Translations under genes and position numbers: made by a program | Source of the DNA: Eledone cirrhosa | Lineage: Eukaryota | Assembly (NCBI GenBank): GCA_964016885.1 | Contig: OZ024741.1 | Location: forward strand, 209,498,001 to 209,562,000 | Reading direction: 5' to 3' | DNA length: 64,000 nt | The notes under the pieces: generated by a model | The model's database searches: none | Seen by the model: the letters and a program-made list of their open reading frames with translations, nothing else | Told to the model about the DNA's origin: nothing | In this document: positions 1 through 11,800 of the stretch, piece by piece | How positions within the stretch are numbered: position 1 is the first letter of the stretch | How the letters are laid out: each line of letters starts with the position of its first letter

Positions 1-393
1 GCATCGATTCGTAAATAGAAGGATAATGTGCGGACACTCCTTGGCTGTGTGCGGCATGATTTTCAGGACGATATTTCCGTAAAATCAAGAGTTGATAACC
101 CCAACTTAACTTAACCCCAACTTAACTTAACCCCAACTTAACTTAACCGCAACTTAACTTAACCGCAACCTAACTTAACCCCAACTTAACTTAACCGCAA
201 CCTAACTTAACCACAACTTAACTTAACCGCAACTTAACTTAACCCCAACCTAACTTAACCCCAACTTAACTTAACCGCAACTTAACTTAACCGCAACCTA
301 ACTTAACCCCAACTTAACTTAACCGCAACTTAACTTAACCGCAACTTAGCTTAACCCCAACCCTTGGTGGGATCGATCTGTAATTACTGGTAC

Positions 394-460
394 ATGTGCA
401 GACACTCATTGGCTGTGTGTGGCCTGATTTTCAGAAAGATATCTCCGTAAAATAACGAGT
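394..460 (+). repeat. Internal direct repeat, copy A (weaker similarity extends left to ~370)
   Basis: ATGTGCAGACACTCATTGGCTGTGTGTGGCCTGATTTTCAGAAAGATATCTCCGTAAAATAACGAGT aligns without gaps to 562-628 with 8 mismatches. Confidence 0.93.
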
Positions 461-466
461 GGTGGC

Positions 467-489
467 TGCGTAAAATAATGAATTACGCA
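467..489. other. Short inverted repeat / potential stem-loop (7-bp stem, 9-nt loop) in each core
   Basis: TGCGTAA (467-473) is the reverse complement of TTACGCA (483-489). Function unknown. Confidence 0.6.
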
Positions 490-561
490 CGAAAATGAGA
501 AAATTTCGATTCTCGATTGTGGGCCGGCCGGATGTCGGATCGATTCGTAAATACAAGGATA

Positions 562-628
562 ATGTGCGGACACTCCTTGGCTGTGTGCGGCATGATTTTC
601 AGGACGATATCTCCGTAAAATCAAGAGT
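562..628 (+). repeat. Internal direct repeat, copy B (weaker similarity extends left to ~537)
   Basis: ATGTGCGGACACTCCTTGGCTGTGTGCGGCATGATTTTCAGGACGATATCTCCGTAAAATCAAGAGT; 59/67 identical to copy A, offset 168 bp. Confidence 0.93.
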
Positions 629-632
629 TGAT

Positions 633-872
633 AACCCCAACTTAACTTAACCCCAACTTAACTTAACCGCAACTTAACTTAACCGCAACCTAACTTAACC
701 CCAACTTAACTTAACCGCAACCTAACTTAACCCCAACTTAACTTAACCGCAACTTAACTTAACCCCAACCTAACTTAACCCCAACTTAACTTAACCGCAA
801 CTTAACTTAACCGCAACCTAACTTAACCCTAACTTAACTTAACCGCAACTTAACTTAACCGCAACTTAGCTT
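633..872. repeat. Internal minisatellite, 15 x 16 bp, AACC[C/G]C-AAC[T/C]T-AACTT (6+5+5); telomere-like on the minus strand; present in every monomer
   Basis: Units parsed by hand from 633 in exact 16-bp steps (unit 14 starts at 841). The last unit ends in AGCTT, followed by AACCCCAACCCTTGG. Confidence 0.96.
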
Positions 873-1400
873 AACCCCAACCCTTGGTGGGATCGATCTG
901 TAATTACTGGTACATGTGCAGACACTCATTGGCTGTGTGTGGCCTGATTTTCAGAAAGATATCTCCGTAAAATAACGAGTGGTGGCTGCGTAAATTAATG
1001 AATTACGCACGAAAATGAGAAAATTTCGATTCTCGATCGTGGGCCGGCCGGATGTCGGATCGATTCGTAAATACAAGGATAATGTGCGGACACTCCTTGC
1101 CTGTGTGCCGCATGATTTTCAGGACGATATCTCCGTAAAATCAAGAGTTGATAACCCCAACTTAACTTAACCCCAACTTAACTTAACCGCAACTTAACTG
1201 AACCGCAACCTAACTTAACCCCAACTTAACTTAACCGCAACCTAACTTAACCCCAACTTAACTTAACCGCAACTTAACTTAACCCCAACCTAACTTAACT
1301 CCAACTTAACTTAACCGCAACTTAACTTAACCGCAACCTAACTTAACCCCAACTTAACTTAACCGCAACTTAACTTAACCGCAACTTAGCTTAACCCCAA

Positions 1401-1776
1401 CCCTTGGTGGGATCGATCTGTAATTACTGGTACATGTGCAGACACTCATTGGCCGTGTGTGGCCTGATTTTCAGAAAGATATCTCCGTAAAATAACGAGT
1501 GGTGGCTGCGTAAAATAATGAATTACGCACGAAAATGAGAAAATTTCGATTCTCGATCGTGGGCCGGCCGGATGTCGGATCGATTCGTAAATACAAGGAT
1601 AATGTGCGGACACTCCTTGGCTGTGTGCGGCATGATTTTCAGGACGATATCTCCGTAAAATCAAGAGTTGATAACCCCAACTTGACTTAACCGCAACTTA
1701 ACTTAACCGCAACCTAACTTAACCCTAACTTAACTTAACCGCAACTTAACTTAACCGCAACTTAGCTTAACCCCAA
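1401..1776. repeat. Representative short 376-bp monomer with 6 instead of 15 minisatellite units (13 such monomers in the window)
   Basis: 376-bp spacing after the cores at 1446, 4326, 10428, 12364, 22996, 30138, 37858, 43466, 49573, 51493, 59107 and 63139, and 375 bp after ~19994. 520-376 = 144 = 9 x 16. Confidence 0.95.
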
Positions 1777-4700
1777 CCCTTGGTGGGATCGATCTGTAAT
1801 TACTGGTACATGTGCAGACACTCATTGGCTGTGTGTGGCCTGATTTTCAGAAAGATATCTCCGTAAAATAACGAGTGGTGGCTGCGTAAAATAATGAATT
1901 ACACACGAAAATGAGAAAATTTCGATTCTCGATCGTGGGCCGGCCGGATGTCGGATCGATTCGTAAATACAAGGATAATGTGCGGACACTCCTTGGCTGT
2001 GTGCGGCATGATTTTCAGGACGATATCTCCGTAAAATCAAGAGTTGATAACCCCAACTTAACTTAACCCCAACTTAACTTAACCGCAACTTAACTTAACC
2101 GCAACCTAACTTAACCCCAACTTAACTTAACCGCAACCTAACTTAACCCCAACTTAGCTTAACCGCAACTTAACTTAACCCCAACCTAACTTAACCCCAA
2201 CTTAACTTAACCGCAACTTAACTTAACCGCAACCTAACTTAACCCCAACTTAACTTAACCGCAACTTAACTTAACCGCAACTTAGCTTAACCCCAACCTT
2301 TGGTGGGATCGATCTGTAATTACTGGTACATGTGCAGACACTCATTGGCTGTGTGTGGCCTGATTTTCAGAAAGATATCTCCGTAAAATAACGAGTGGTG
2401 GCTGCGTAAAATAATGAATTACGCACGAAAATGAGAAAATTTCGATTCTCGATTGTGGGCCGGCCGGATGTCGGATCGATTCGTAAATACAAGGATAATG
2501 TGCGGACACTCCTTGGCTGTGTGCGGCATGATTTTCAGGACGATATCTCCGTAAAATCAAGAGTTGATAACCCCAACTTAACTTAACCCCAACTTAACTT
2601 AACCGCAACTTAACTTAACCGCAACCTAACTTAACCCCAACTTAACTTAACCGCAACCTAACTTAACCCTAACTTAACTTAACCGCAACTTAACTTGACC
2701 GCAACTTAGCTTAACCCCAACCCTTGGTGGGATCGATCTGTAATTACTGGTACATGTGCAGACACTCATTGGCTGTGTGTGGCCTGATTTTCAGAAAGAT
2801 ATCTCCGTAAAATAACGAGTGGTGGCTGCGTAAAATAATGAATTACGCACGAAAATGAGAAAATTTCGATTCTCGATCGTGGGCCGGCCGGATGTCGGAT
2901 CGATTCGTAAATACAAGGATAATGTGCGGACACTCCTTGCCTGTGTGCCGCATGATTTTCAGGACGATATCTCCGTAAAATCAAGAGTTGATAACCCCAA
3001 CTTAACTTAACCCCAACTTAACTTAACCGCAACTTAACTTAACCGCAACCTAACTTAACCCCAACTTAACTTAACCGCAACCTAACTTAACCCCAACTTA
3101 ACTTAACCGCAACTTAACTTAACCCCAACCTAACTTAACCCCAACTTAACTTAACCGCAACTTAACTTAACCGCAACCTAACTTAACCCCAACTTAACTT
3201 AACCGCAACTTAACTTAACCGCAACTTAGCTTAACCCCAACCCTTGGTGGGATCGATCTGTAATTACTGGTACATGTGCAGACACTCATTGGCTGTGTGT
3301 GGCCTGATTTTCAGAAAGATATCTCCGTAAAATAACGAGTGGTGGCTGCGTAAAATAATGAATTACGCACGAAAATGAGAAAATTTCGATTCTCGATCGT
3401 GGGCCGGCCGGATGTCGGATCGATTCGTAAATACAAGGATAATGTGCGGACACTCCTTGGCTGTGTGCGGCATGATTTTCAGGACGATATCTCCGTAAAA
3501 TCAAGCGTTGATAACCCCAACTTAACTTAACCCCAACTTAACTTAACCGCAACTTAACTTAACCGCAACCTAACTTAACCCCAACTTAACTTAACCGCAA
3601 CCTAACTTAACCCCAACTTAACTTAACCGCAACTTAACTTAACCCCAACCTAACTTAACCCCAACTTAACTTAACCGCAACTTAACTTAACCGCAACCTA
3701 ACTTAACCCTAACTTAACTTAACCGCAACTTAACTTAACCGCAACTTAGCTTAACCCCAACCCTTGGTGGGATCGATCTGTAATTACTGGTACATGTGCA
3801 GACACTCATTGGCTGTGTGTGGCCTGATTTTCAGAAAGATGTCTCCGTAAAATAACGAGTGGTGGCTGCGTAAATTAATGAATTACGCACGAAAATGAGA
3901 AAATTTCGATTCTCGATCGTGGGCCGGCCGGATGTCGGATCGATTCGTAAATACAATGATAATGTGCGGACACTCCTTGCCTGTGTGCCGCATGATTTTC
4001 AGGACGATATCTCCGTAAAATCAAGAGTTGATAACCCCAACTTAACTTAACCCCAACTTAACTTAACCGCAACTTAACTTAACCGCAACCTAACTTAACC
4101 CCAACTTAACTTAACCGCAACCTAACTTAACCCCAACTTAACTTAACCGCAACTTAACTTAACCCCAACCTAACTTAACCCCAACTTAACTTAACCGCAA
4201 CTTAACTTAACCGCAACCTAACTTAACCCCAACTTAACTTAACCGCAACTTAACTTAACCGCAACTTAGCTTAACCCCAACCCTTGGTGGGATCGATCTG
4301 TAATTACTGGTACATGTGCAGACACTCATTGGCTGTGTGTGGCCTGATTTTCAGAAAGATATCTCCGTAAAATAACGAGTGGTGGCTGCGTAAAATAATG
4401 AATTACGCACGAAAATGAGAAAATTTCGATTCTCGATCGTGGGCCGGCCGGATGTCGGATCGATTCGTAAATACAAGGATAATGTGCGGACACTCCTTGG
4501 CTGTGTGCGGCATTATTTTCAGGACGATATCTCCGTAAAATCAAGAGTTGATAACCCCAACTTAACTTAACCGCAACTTAACTTAACCGCAACCTAACTT
4601 AACCCCAACTTAACTTAACCGCAACTTAACTTAACCGCAACTTAGCTTAACCCCAACCCTTGGTGGGATCGATCTGTAATTACTGGTACATGTGCAGACA

Positions 4701-7700
4701 CTCATTGGCTGTGTGTGGCCTGATTTTCAGAAAGATATCTCCGTAAAATAACGAGTGGTGGCTGCGTAAAATAATGAATTACGCACGAAAATGAGAAAAT
4801 TTCGATTCTCGATCGTGGGCCGGCCGGATGTCGGATCGATTCGTTAATACAAGGATAATGTGCGGACACTCCTTGCCTGTGTGCCGCATGATTTTCAGGA
4901 CGATATCTCCGTAAAATCAAGAGTTGATAACCCCAACTTAACTTAACCCCAACTTAACTTAACCGCAACTTAACTTAACCGCAACCTAACTTAACCCCAA
5001 CTTAACTTAACCGCAACCTAACTTAACCCCAACTTAACTTAACCGCAACTTAACTTAACCCCAACCTAACTTAACCCCAACTTAACTTAACCGCAACTTA
5101 ACTTAACCGCAACCTAACTTAACCCCAGCTTAACTTAACCGCAACTTAACTTAACCGCAACTTAGCTTAACCCCAACTCTTGGTGGGATCGATCTGTAAT
5201 TACTGGTACATGTGCAGACACTCATTGGCTGTGTGTGGCCTGATTTTCAGAAAGATATCTCCGTAAAATAACGAGTGGTGGCTGCGTAAAATAATGAATT
5301 ACGCACGAAAATGAGAAAATTTCGATTCTCGATCGTGGGCCGGCCGGATGTCGGATCGATTCGTAAATACAAGGATAATGTGCGGACACTCCTTGGCTGT
5401 GTGCGGCATGATTTTCAGGACGATATCTCCGTAAAATCAAGAGTTGATAACCCCAACTTAACTTAACCCCAACTTAACTTAACCGCAACTTAACTTAACC
5501 GCAACCTAACTTAACCCCAACTTAACTTAACCGCAACCTAACTTAACCCAAACTTAACTTAACCGCAACTTAACTTAACCCCAACCTAACTTAACCCCAA
5601 CTTAACTTAACCGCAACTTAACTTAACCGCAACCTAACTTAACCCCAACTTAACTTAACCGCAACTTAACCCCAACTTAGCTTAACCCCAACCCTTGGTG
5701 GGATCGATCTGTAATTACTGGTACATGTGCAGACACTCATTGGCTGTGTGTGGCCTGATTTTTAGAAAGATATCTCCGTAAAATAACGAGTGGTGGCTGC
5801 GTAAAATAATGAATTACGCACGAAAATGAGAAAATTTCGATTCTCGATCGTGGGCCGGCCGGATGTCGGATCGATTCGTAAATACAAGGATAATGTGCGG
5901 ACACTCCTTGGCTGTGTGCGGCATGAGTTTCAGGACGATATCTCCGTAAAATCAAGAGTTGATAACCCCAACTTAACTTAACCCCAACTTAACTTAACCG
6001 CAACTTAACTTAACCGCAACCTAACTTAACCCCAACTTAACTTAACCGCAACCTAACTTAACCCCAACTTAACTTAACCGCAACTTAACTTAACCCCAAC
6101 CTAACTTAACCCCAACTTAACTTAACCGCAACTTAACTTAACCGCAACCTAACTTAACCCCAACTTAACTTAACCGCAACTTAACTTAACCGCAACTTAG
6201 CTTAACCCCAACCCTTGGTGGGATCGATCTGTAATTACTGGTACATGTGCAGACACTCATTGGCTGTGTGTGGCCTGATTTTCAGAAAGATATCTCCGTA
6301 AAATAACGAGTGGTGGCTGCGTAAAATAATGAATTACGCACGAAAATGAGAAAATTTCGATTCTCGATCGTGGGCCGGCCGGATGTCGGATCGATTCGTA
6401 AATACAAGGATAATGTGCGGACACTCCTTGGCTGTGTGCGGCATGATTTTCAGGACGATATCTCCGTAAAATCAAGAGTTGATAACCCCAACTTAACTTA
6501 ACCCCAACTTAACTTAACCGCAACTTAACTTAACCGCAACCTAACTTAACCCCAACTTAACTTAACCGCAACCTAACTTAACCCAAACTTAACTTAACCG
6601 CAACTTAACTTAACCCCAACCTAACTTAACCCCAACTTAACTTAACCGCAACTTAACTTAACCGCAACCTAACTTAACCCCAACTTAACTTAACCGCAAC
6701 TTAACCCCAACTTAGCTTAACCCCAACCCTTGGTGGGATCGATCTGTAATTACTGGTACATGTGCAGACACTCATTGGCTGTGTGTGGCCTGATTTTTAG
6801 AAAGATATCTCCGTAAAATAACGAGTGGTGGCTGCGTAAAATAATGAATTACGCACGAAAATGAGAAAATTTCGATTCTCGATCGTGGGCCGGCCGGATG
6901 TCGGATCGATTCGTAAATACAAGGATAATGTGCGGACACTCCTTGGCTGTGTGCGGCATGATTTTCAGGACGATATCTCCGTAAAATCAAGAGTTGATAA
7001 CCCCAACTTAACTTAACCCCAACTTAACTTAACCGCAACTTTACTTAACCGCAACCTAACTTAACCCCAACTTAACTTAACCGCAACCTAACTTAGCCCC
7101 AACTTAACTTAACCCCAACTTAACTTAACCCCAACCTAACTTAACCCCAACTTAACTTAACCGCAACTTAACTTAACCGCAACCTAACTTAACCCCAACT
7201 TAAATTAACCGCAACTTAACTTAACCGCAACTTAGCTTAACCCCAACCCTTGGTGGGATCGATCTGTAATTACTGGTACATGTGCAGACACTCATTGGCT
7301 GTGTGTGGCCTGATTTTCAGAAAGATATCTCCGTAAAATAACGAGTGGTGGCTGCGTAAAATAATGAATTACGCACGAAAATGAGAAAATTTCGATTCTC
7401 GATCGTGGGCCGGCCGGATGTCGGATCGATTCGTAAATACAAGGATAATGTGCGGACACTCCTTGGCTGTGTGCGGCATGATTTTCAGGACGATATCTCC
7501 GTAAAATCAAGAGTTGATAACCCCAACTTAACTTAACCCCAACTTAACTTAACCGCAACTTAACTTAACCGCAACCTAACTTAACCCCAACTTAACTTAA
7601 CCGCAACCTAACTTAACCCCAACTTAACTTAACCGCAACTTAACTTAACCCCAACTTAACTTAACCCCAACTTAACTTAACCGCAACTTAACTTAACCGC

Positions 7701-8806
7701 AACCTAACTTAACCCCAACTTAACTTAACCGCAACTTAACTTAACCGCAACTTAGCTTAACCCCAACCCTTGGTGGGATCGATCTGTAATTACTGGTATA
7801 TGTGCAGACACTCATTGGCTGTGTGTGGCCTGATTTTCAGAAAGATATCTCCGTAAAATAACGAGTGGTGGCTGCGTAAAATAATGAATTACGCACGAAA
7901 ATGAGAAAATTTCCATTCTCGATCGTGGGCCGGCCGGATGTCGGATCGATTCGTAAATACAAGGATAATGTGCGGACACTCCTTGGCTGTGTGCGGCATG
8001 ATTTTCAGGACGATATCTCCGTAAAATCAAGAGTTGATAACCCCAACTTAACTTAACCCCAACTTAACTTAACCGCAACTTAACTTAACCGCAACCTAAC
8101 TTAACCCCAACTTAACTTAACCGCAACCTAACTTAACCCCAACTTAACTTAACCGCAACTTAACTTAACCCCAACCTAACTTAACCCCAACTTAACTTAA
8201 CCGCAACTTAACTTAACCGCAACCTAACTTAACCCCAACTTAACTTAACCGCAACTTAACTTAACCGCAACTTAGCTTAACCCCAACCCTTGGTGGGATC
8301 GATCTGTAATTACTGGTACATGTGCAGACACTCATTGGCTGTGTGTGGCCTGATTTTTAGAAAGATATCTCCGTAAAATAACGAGTGGTGGCTGCGTAAA
8401 ATAATGAATTACGCACGAAAATGAGAAAATTTCTATTCTCGATCGTGGGCCGGCCGGATGTCGGATCGATTCGTAAATACAAGGATAATGTGCGGACACT
8501 CCTTGGCTGTGTGCGGCATGATTTTCAGGACGATATCTCCGTAAAATCAAGAGTTGATAACCCCAACTTAACTTAACCCCAACTTAACTTAACCGCAACT
8601 TAACTTAACCGCAACCTAACTTAACCCCAACTTAACTTAACCGCAACCTAACTTAACCCCAACTTAACTTAACCGCAACTTAACTTAACCCCAACCTAAA
8701 TTAACTCCAACTTAACTTAACCGCAACTTAACTTAACCGCAACCTAACTTAACCCCAACTTAATTTAACCGCAACTTAACTTAACCGCAACTTAGCTTAA
8801 CCCCAG

Positions 8807-11800
8807 CCCTTGGTGGGATCGATCTGTAATTACTGGTACATGTGCAGACACTCATTGGCTGTGTGTGGCCTGATTTTCAGAAAGATATCTCCTTAAAATA
8901 ACGAGTGGTGGCTGCGTAAAATAATGAATTACGCACGAAAATGAGAAAATTTCGATTCTCGATCGTGGGCCGGCCGGATGTCGCATCGATTCGTAAATAG
9001 AAGGATAATGTGCGGACACTCCTTGGCTGTGTGCGGCATGATTTTCAGGACGATATTTCCGTAAAATCAAGAGTTGATAACCCCAACTTAACTTAACCCC
9101 AACTTAACTTAACCCCAACTTAACTTAACCGCAACTTAACTTAACCGCAACCTAACTTAACCCCAACTTAACTTAACCGCAACCTAACTTAACCACAACT
9201 TAACTTAACCGCAACTTAACTTAACCCCAACCTAACTTAACCCCAACTTAACTTAACCGCAACTTAACTTAACCGCAACCTAACTTAACCCCAACTTAAC
9301 TTAACCGCAACTTAACTTAACCGCAACTTAGCTTAACCCCAACCCTTGGTGGGATCGATCTGTAATTACTGGTACATGTGCAGACACTCATTGGCTGTGT
9401 GTGGCCTGATTTTCAGAAAGATATCTCCGTAAAATAACGAGTGGTGGCTGCGTAAAATAATGAATTACGCACGAAAATGAGAAAATTTCGATTCTCGATT
9501 GTGGGCCGGCCGGATGTCGGATCGATTCGTAAATACAAGGATAATGTGCGGACACTCCTTGGCTGTGTGCGGCATGATTTTCAGGACGATATCTCCGTAA
9601 AATCAAGAGTTGATAACCCCAACTTAACTTAACCCCAACTTAACTTAACCGCAACTTAACTTAACCGCAACCTAACTTAACCCCAACTTAACTTAACCGC
9701 AACCTAACTTAACCCCAACTTAACTTAACCGCAACTTAACTTAACCCCAACCTAACTTAACCCCAACTTAACTTAACCGCAACTTAACTTAACCGCAACC
9801 TAACTTAACCCTAACTTAACTTAACCGCAACTTAACTTAACCGCAACTTAGCTTAACCCCAACCCTTGGTGGGATCGATCTGTAATTACTGGTACATGTG
9901 CAGACACTCATTGGCTGTGTGTGGCCTGATTTTCAGAAAGATATCTCCGTAAAATAACGAGTGGTGGCTGCGTAAATTAATGAATTACGCACGAAAATGA
10001 GAAAATTTCGATTCTCGATCGTGGGCCGGCCGGATGTCGGATCGATTCGTAAATACAAGGATAATGTGCGGACACTCCTTGCCTGTGTGCCGCATGATTT
10101 TCAGGACGATATCTCCGTAAAATCAAGAGTTGATAACCCCAACTTAACTTAACCCCAACTTAACTTAACCGCAACTTAACTGAACCGCAACCTAACTTAA
10201 CCCCAACTTAACTTAACCGCAACCTAACTTAACCCCAACTTAACTTAACCGCAACTTAACTTAACCCCAACCTAACTTAACTCCAACTTAACTTAACCGC
10301 AACTTAACTTAACCGCAACCTAACTTAACCCCAACTTAACTTAACCGCAACTTAACTTAACCGCAACTTAGCTTAACCCCAACCCTTGGTGGGATCGATC
10401 TGTAATTACTGGTACATGTGCAGACACTCATTGGCCGTGTGTGGCCTGATTTTCAGAAAGATATCTCCGTAAAATAACGAGTGGTGGCTGCGTAAAATAA
10501 TGAATTACGCACGAAAATGAGAAAATTTCGATTCTCGATCGTGGGCCGGCCGGATGTCGGATCGATTCGTAAATACAAGGATAATGTGCGGACACTCCTT
10601 GGCTGTGTGCGGCATGATTTTCAGGACGATATCTCCGTAAAATCAAGAGTTGATAACCCCAACTTGACTTAACCGCAACTTAACTTAACCGCAACCTAAC
10701 TTAACCCTAACTTAACTTAACCGCAACTTAACTTAACCGCAACTTAGCTTAACCCCAACCCTTGGTGGGATCGATCTGTAATTACTGGTACATGTGCAGA
10801 CACTCATTGGCTGTGTGTGGCCTGATTTTCAGAAAGATATCTCCGTAAAATAACGAGTGGTGGCTGCGTAAAATAATGAATTACGCACGAAAATGAGAAA
10901 ATTTCGATTCTCGATCGTGGGCCGGCCGGATGTCGGATCGATTCGTAAATACAAGGATAATGTGCGGACACTCCTTGCCTGTGTGCCGCATGATTTTCAG
11001 GACGATATCTCCGTAAAATCAAGAGTTGATAACCCCAACTTAACTTAACCCCAACTTAACTTAACCGCAACTTAACTTAACCGCAACCTAACTTAACCCC
11101 AACTTAACTTAACCGCAACCTAACTTAACCCCAACTTAACTTAACCGCAACTTAACTTAACCCCAACCTAACTTAACCCCAACTTAACTTAACCGCAACT
11201 TAACTTAACCGCAACCTAACTTAACCCCAACTTAACTTAACCGCAACTTAACTTAACCGCAACTTAGCTTAACCCCAACCCTTGGTGGGATCGATCTGTA
11301 ATTACTGTAACATGTGCAGACACTCATTGGCTGTGTGTGGCCTGATTTTCAGAAAGATATCTCCGTAAAATAACGAGTGGTGGCTGCGTAAAATAATGAA
11401 TTACGCACGAAAATGAGAAAATTTCGATTCTCGATCGTGGGCCGGCCGGATGTCGGATCGATTCGTAAATACAAGGATAATGTGCGGACACTCCTTGGCT
11501 GTGTGCGGCATGATTTTCAGGACGATATCTCCGTAAAATCAAGCGTTGATAACCCCAACTTAACTTAACCCCAACTTAACTTAACCGCAACTTAACTTAA
11601 CCGCAACCTAACTTAACCCCAACTTAACTTAACCGCAACCTAACTTAACCCCAACTTAACTTAACCGCAACTTAACTTAACCCCAACCTAACTTAACCCC
11701 AACTTAACTTAACCGCAACTTAACTTAACCGCAACCTAACTTAACCCTAACTTAACTTAACCGCAACTTAACTTAACCGCAACTTAGCTTAACCCCAACC

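Larger units (their letters stand above)
361..880. repeat. Representative 520-bp monomer (core 361-632, minisatellite tract 633-880)
   Basis: CCCTTGGTGGGATCG starts at 361, 881 and 1401, an exact 520-bp period. Confidence 0.97.

Noticed and set aside
467-489. Hairpin as an intrinsic terminator or histone stem-loop
   Set aside because: The stem is weak, there is no adjacent long U-tract or upstream gene, and it does not match the histone stem-loop consensus.
370-628. Direct repeats A/B as LTRs of a miniature retroelement (TRIM)
   Set aside because: I saw no TG...CA termini, primer-binding site, polypurine tract or target-site duplication.
361-632. Tandem RNA gene cluster (5S rRNA, tRNA, snRNA, spliced leader) or rDNA spacer
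   Set aside because: I could not recognise 5S sequence, a tRNA cloverleaf, convincing Pol III boxes, an Sm site or a known leader on either strand. An Rfam/Infernal search and small-RNA data would be needed to exclude a novel RNA.
633-872. Canonical telomerase-synthesised telomere
   Set aside because: The tracts are short, mostly TTAAG rather than TTAGG, interrupted by a 280-bp core and copied with a fixed variant order. That indicates recombinational copying, not direct telomerase addition.
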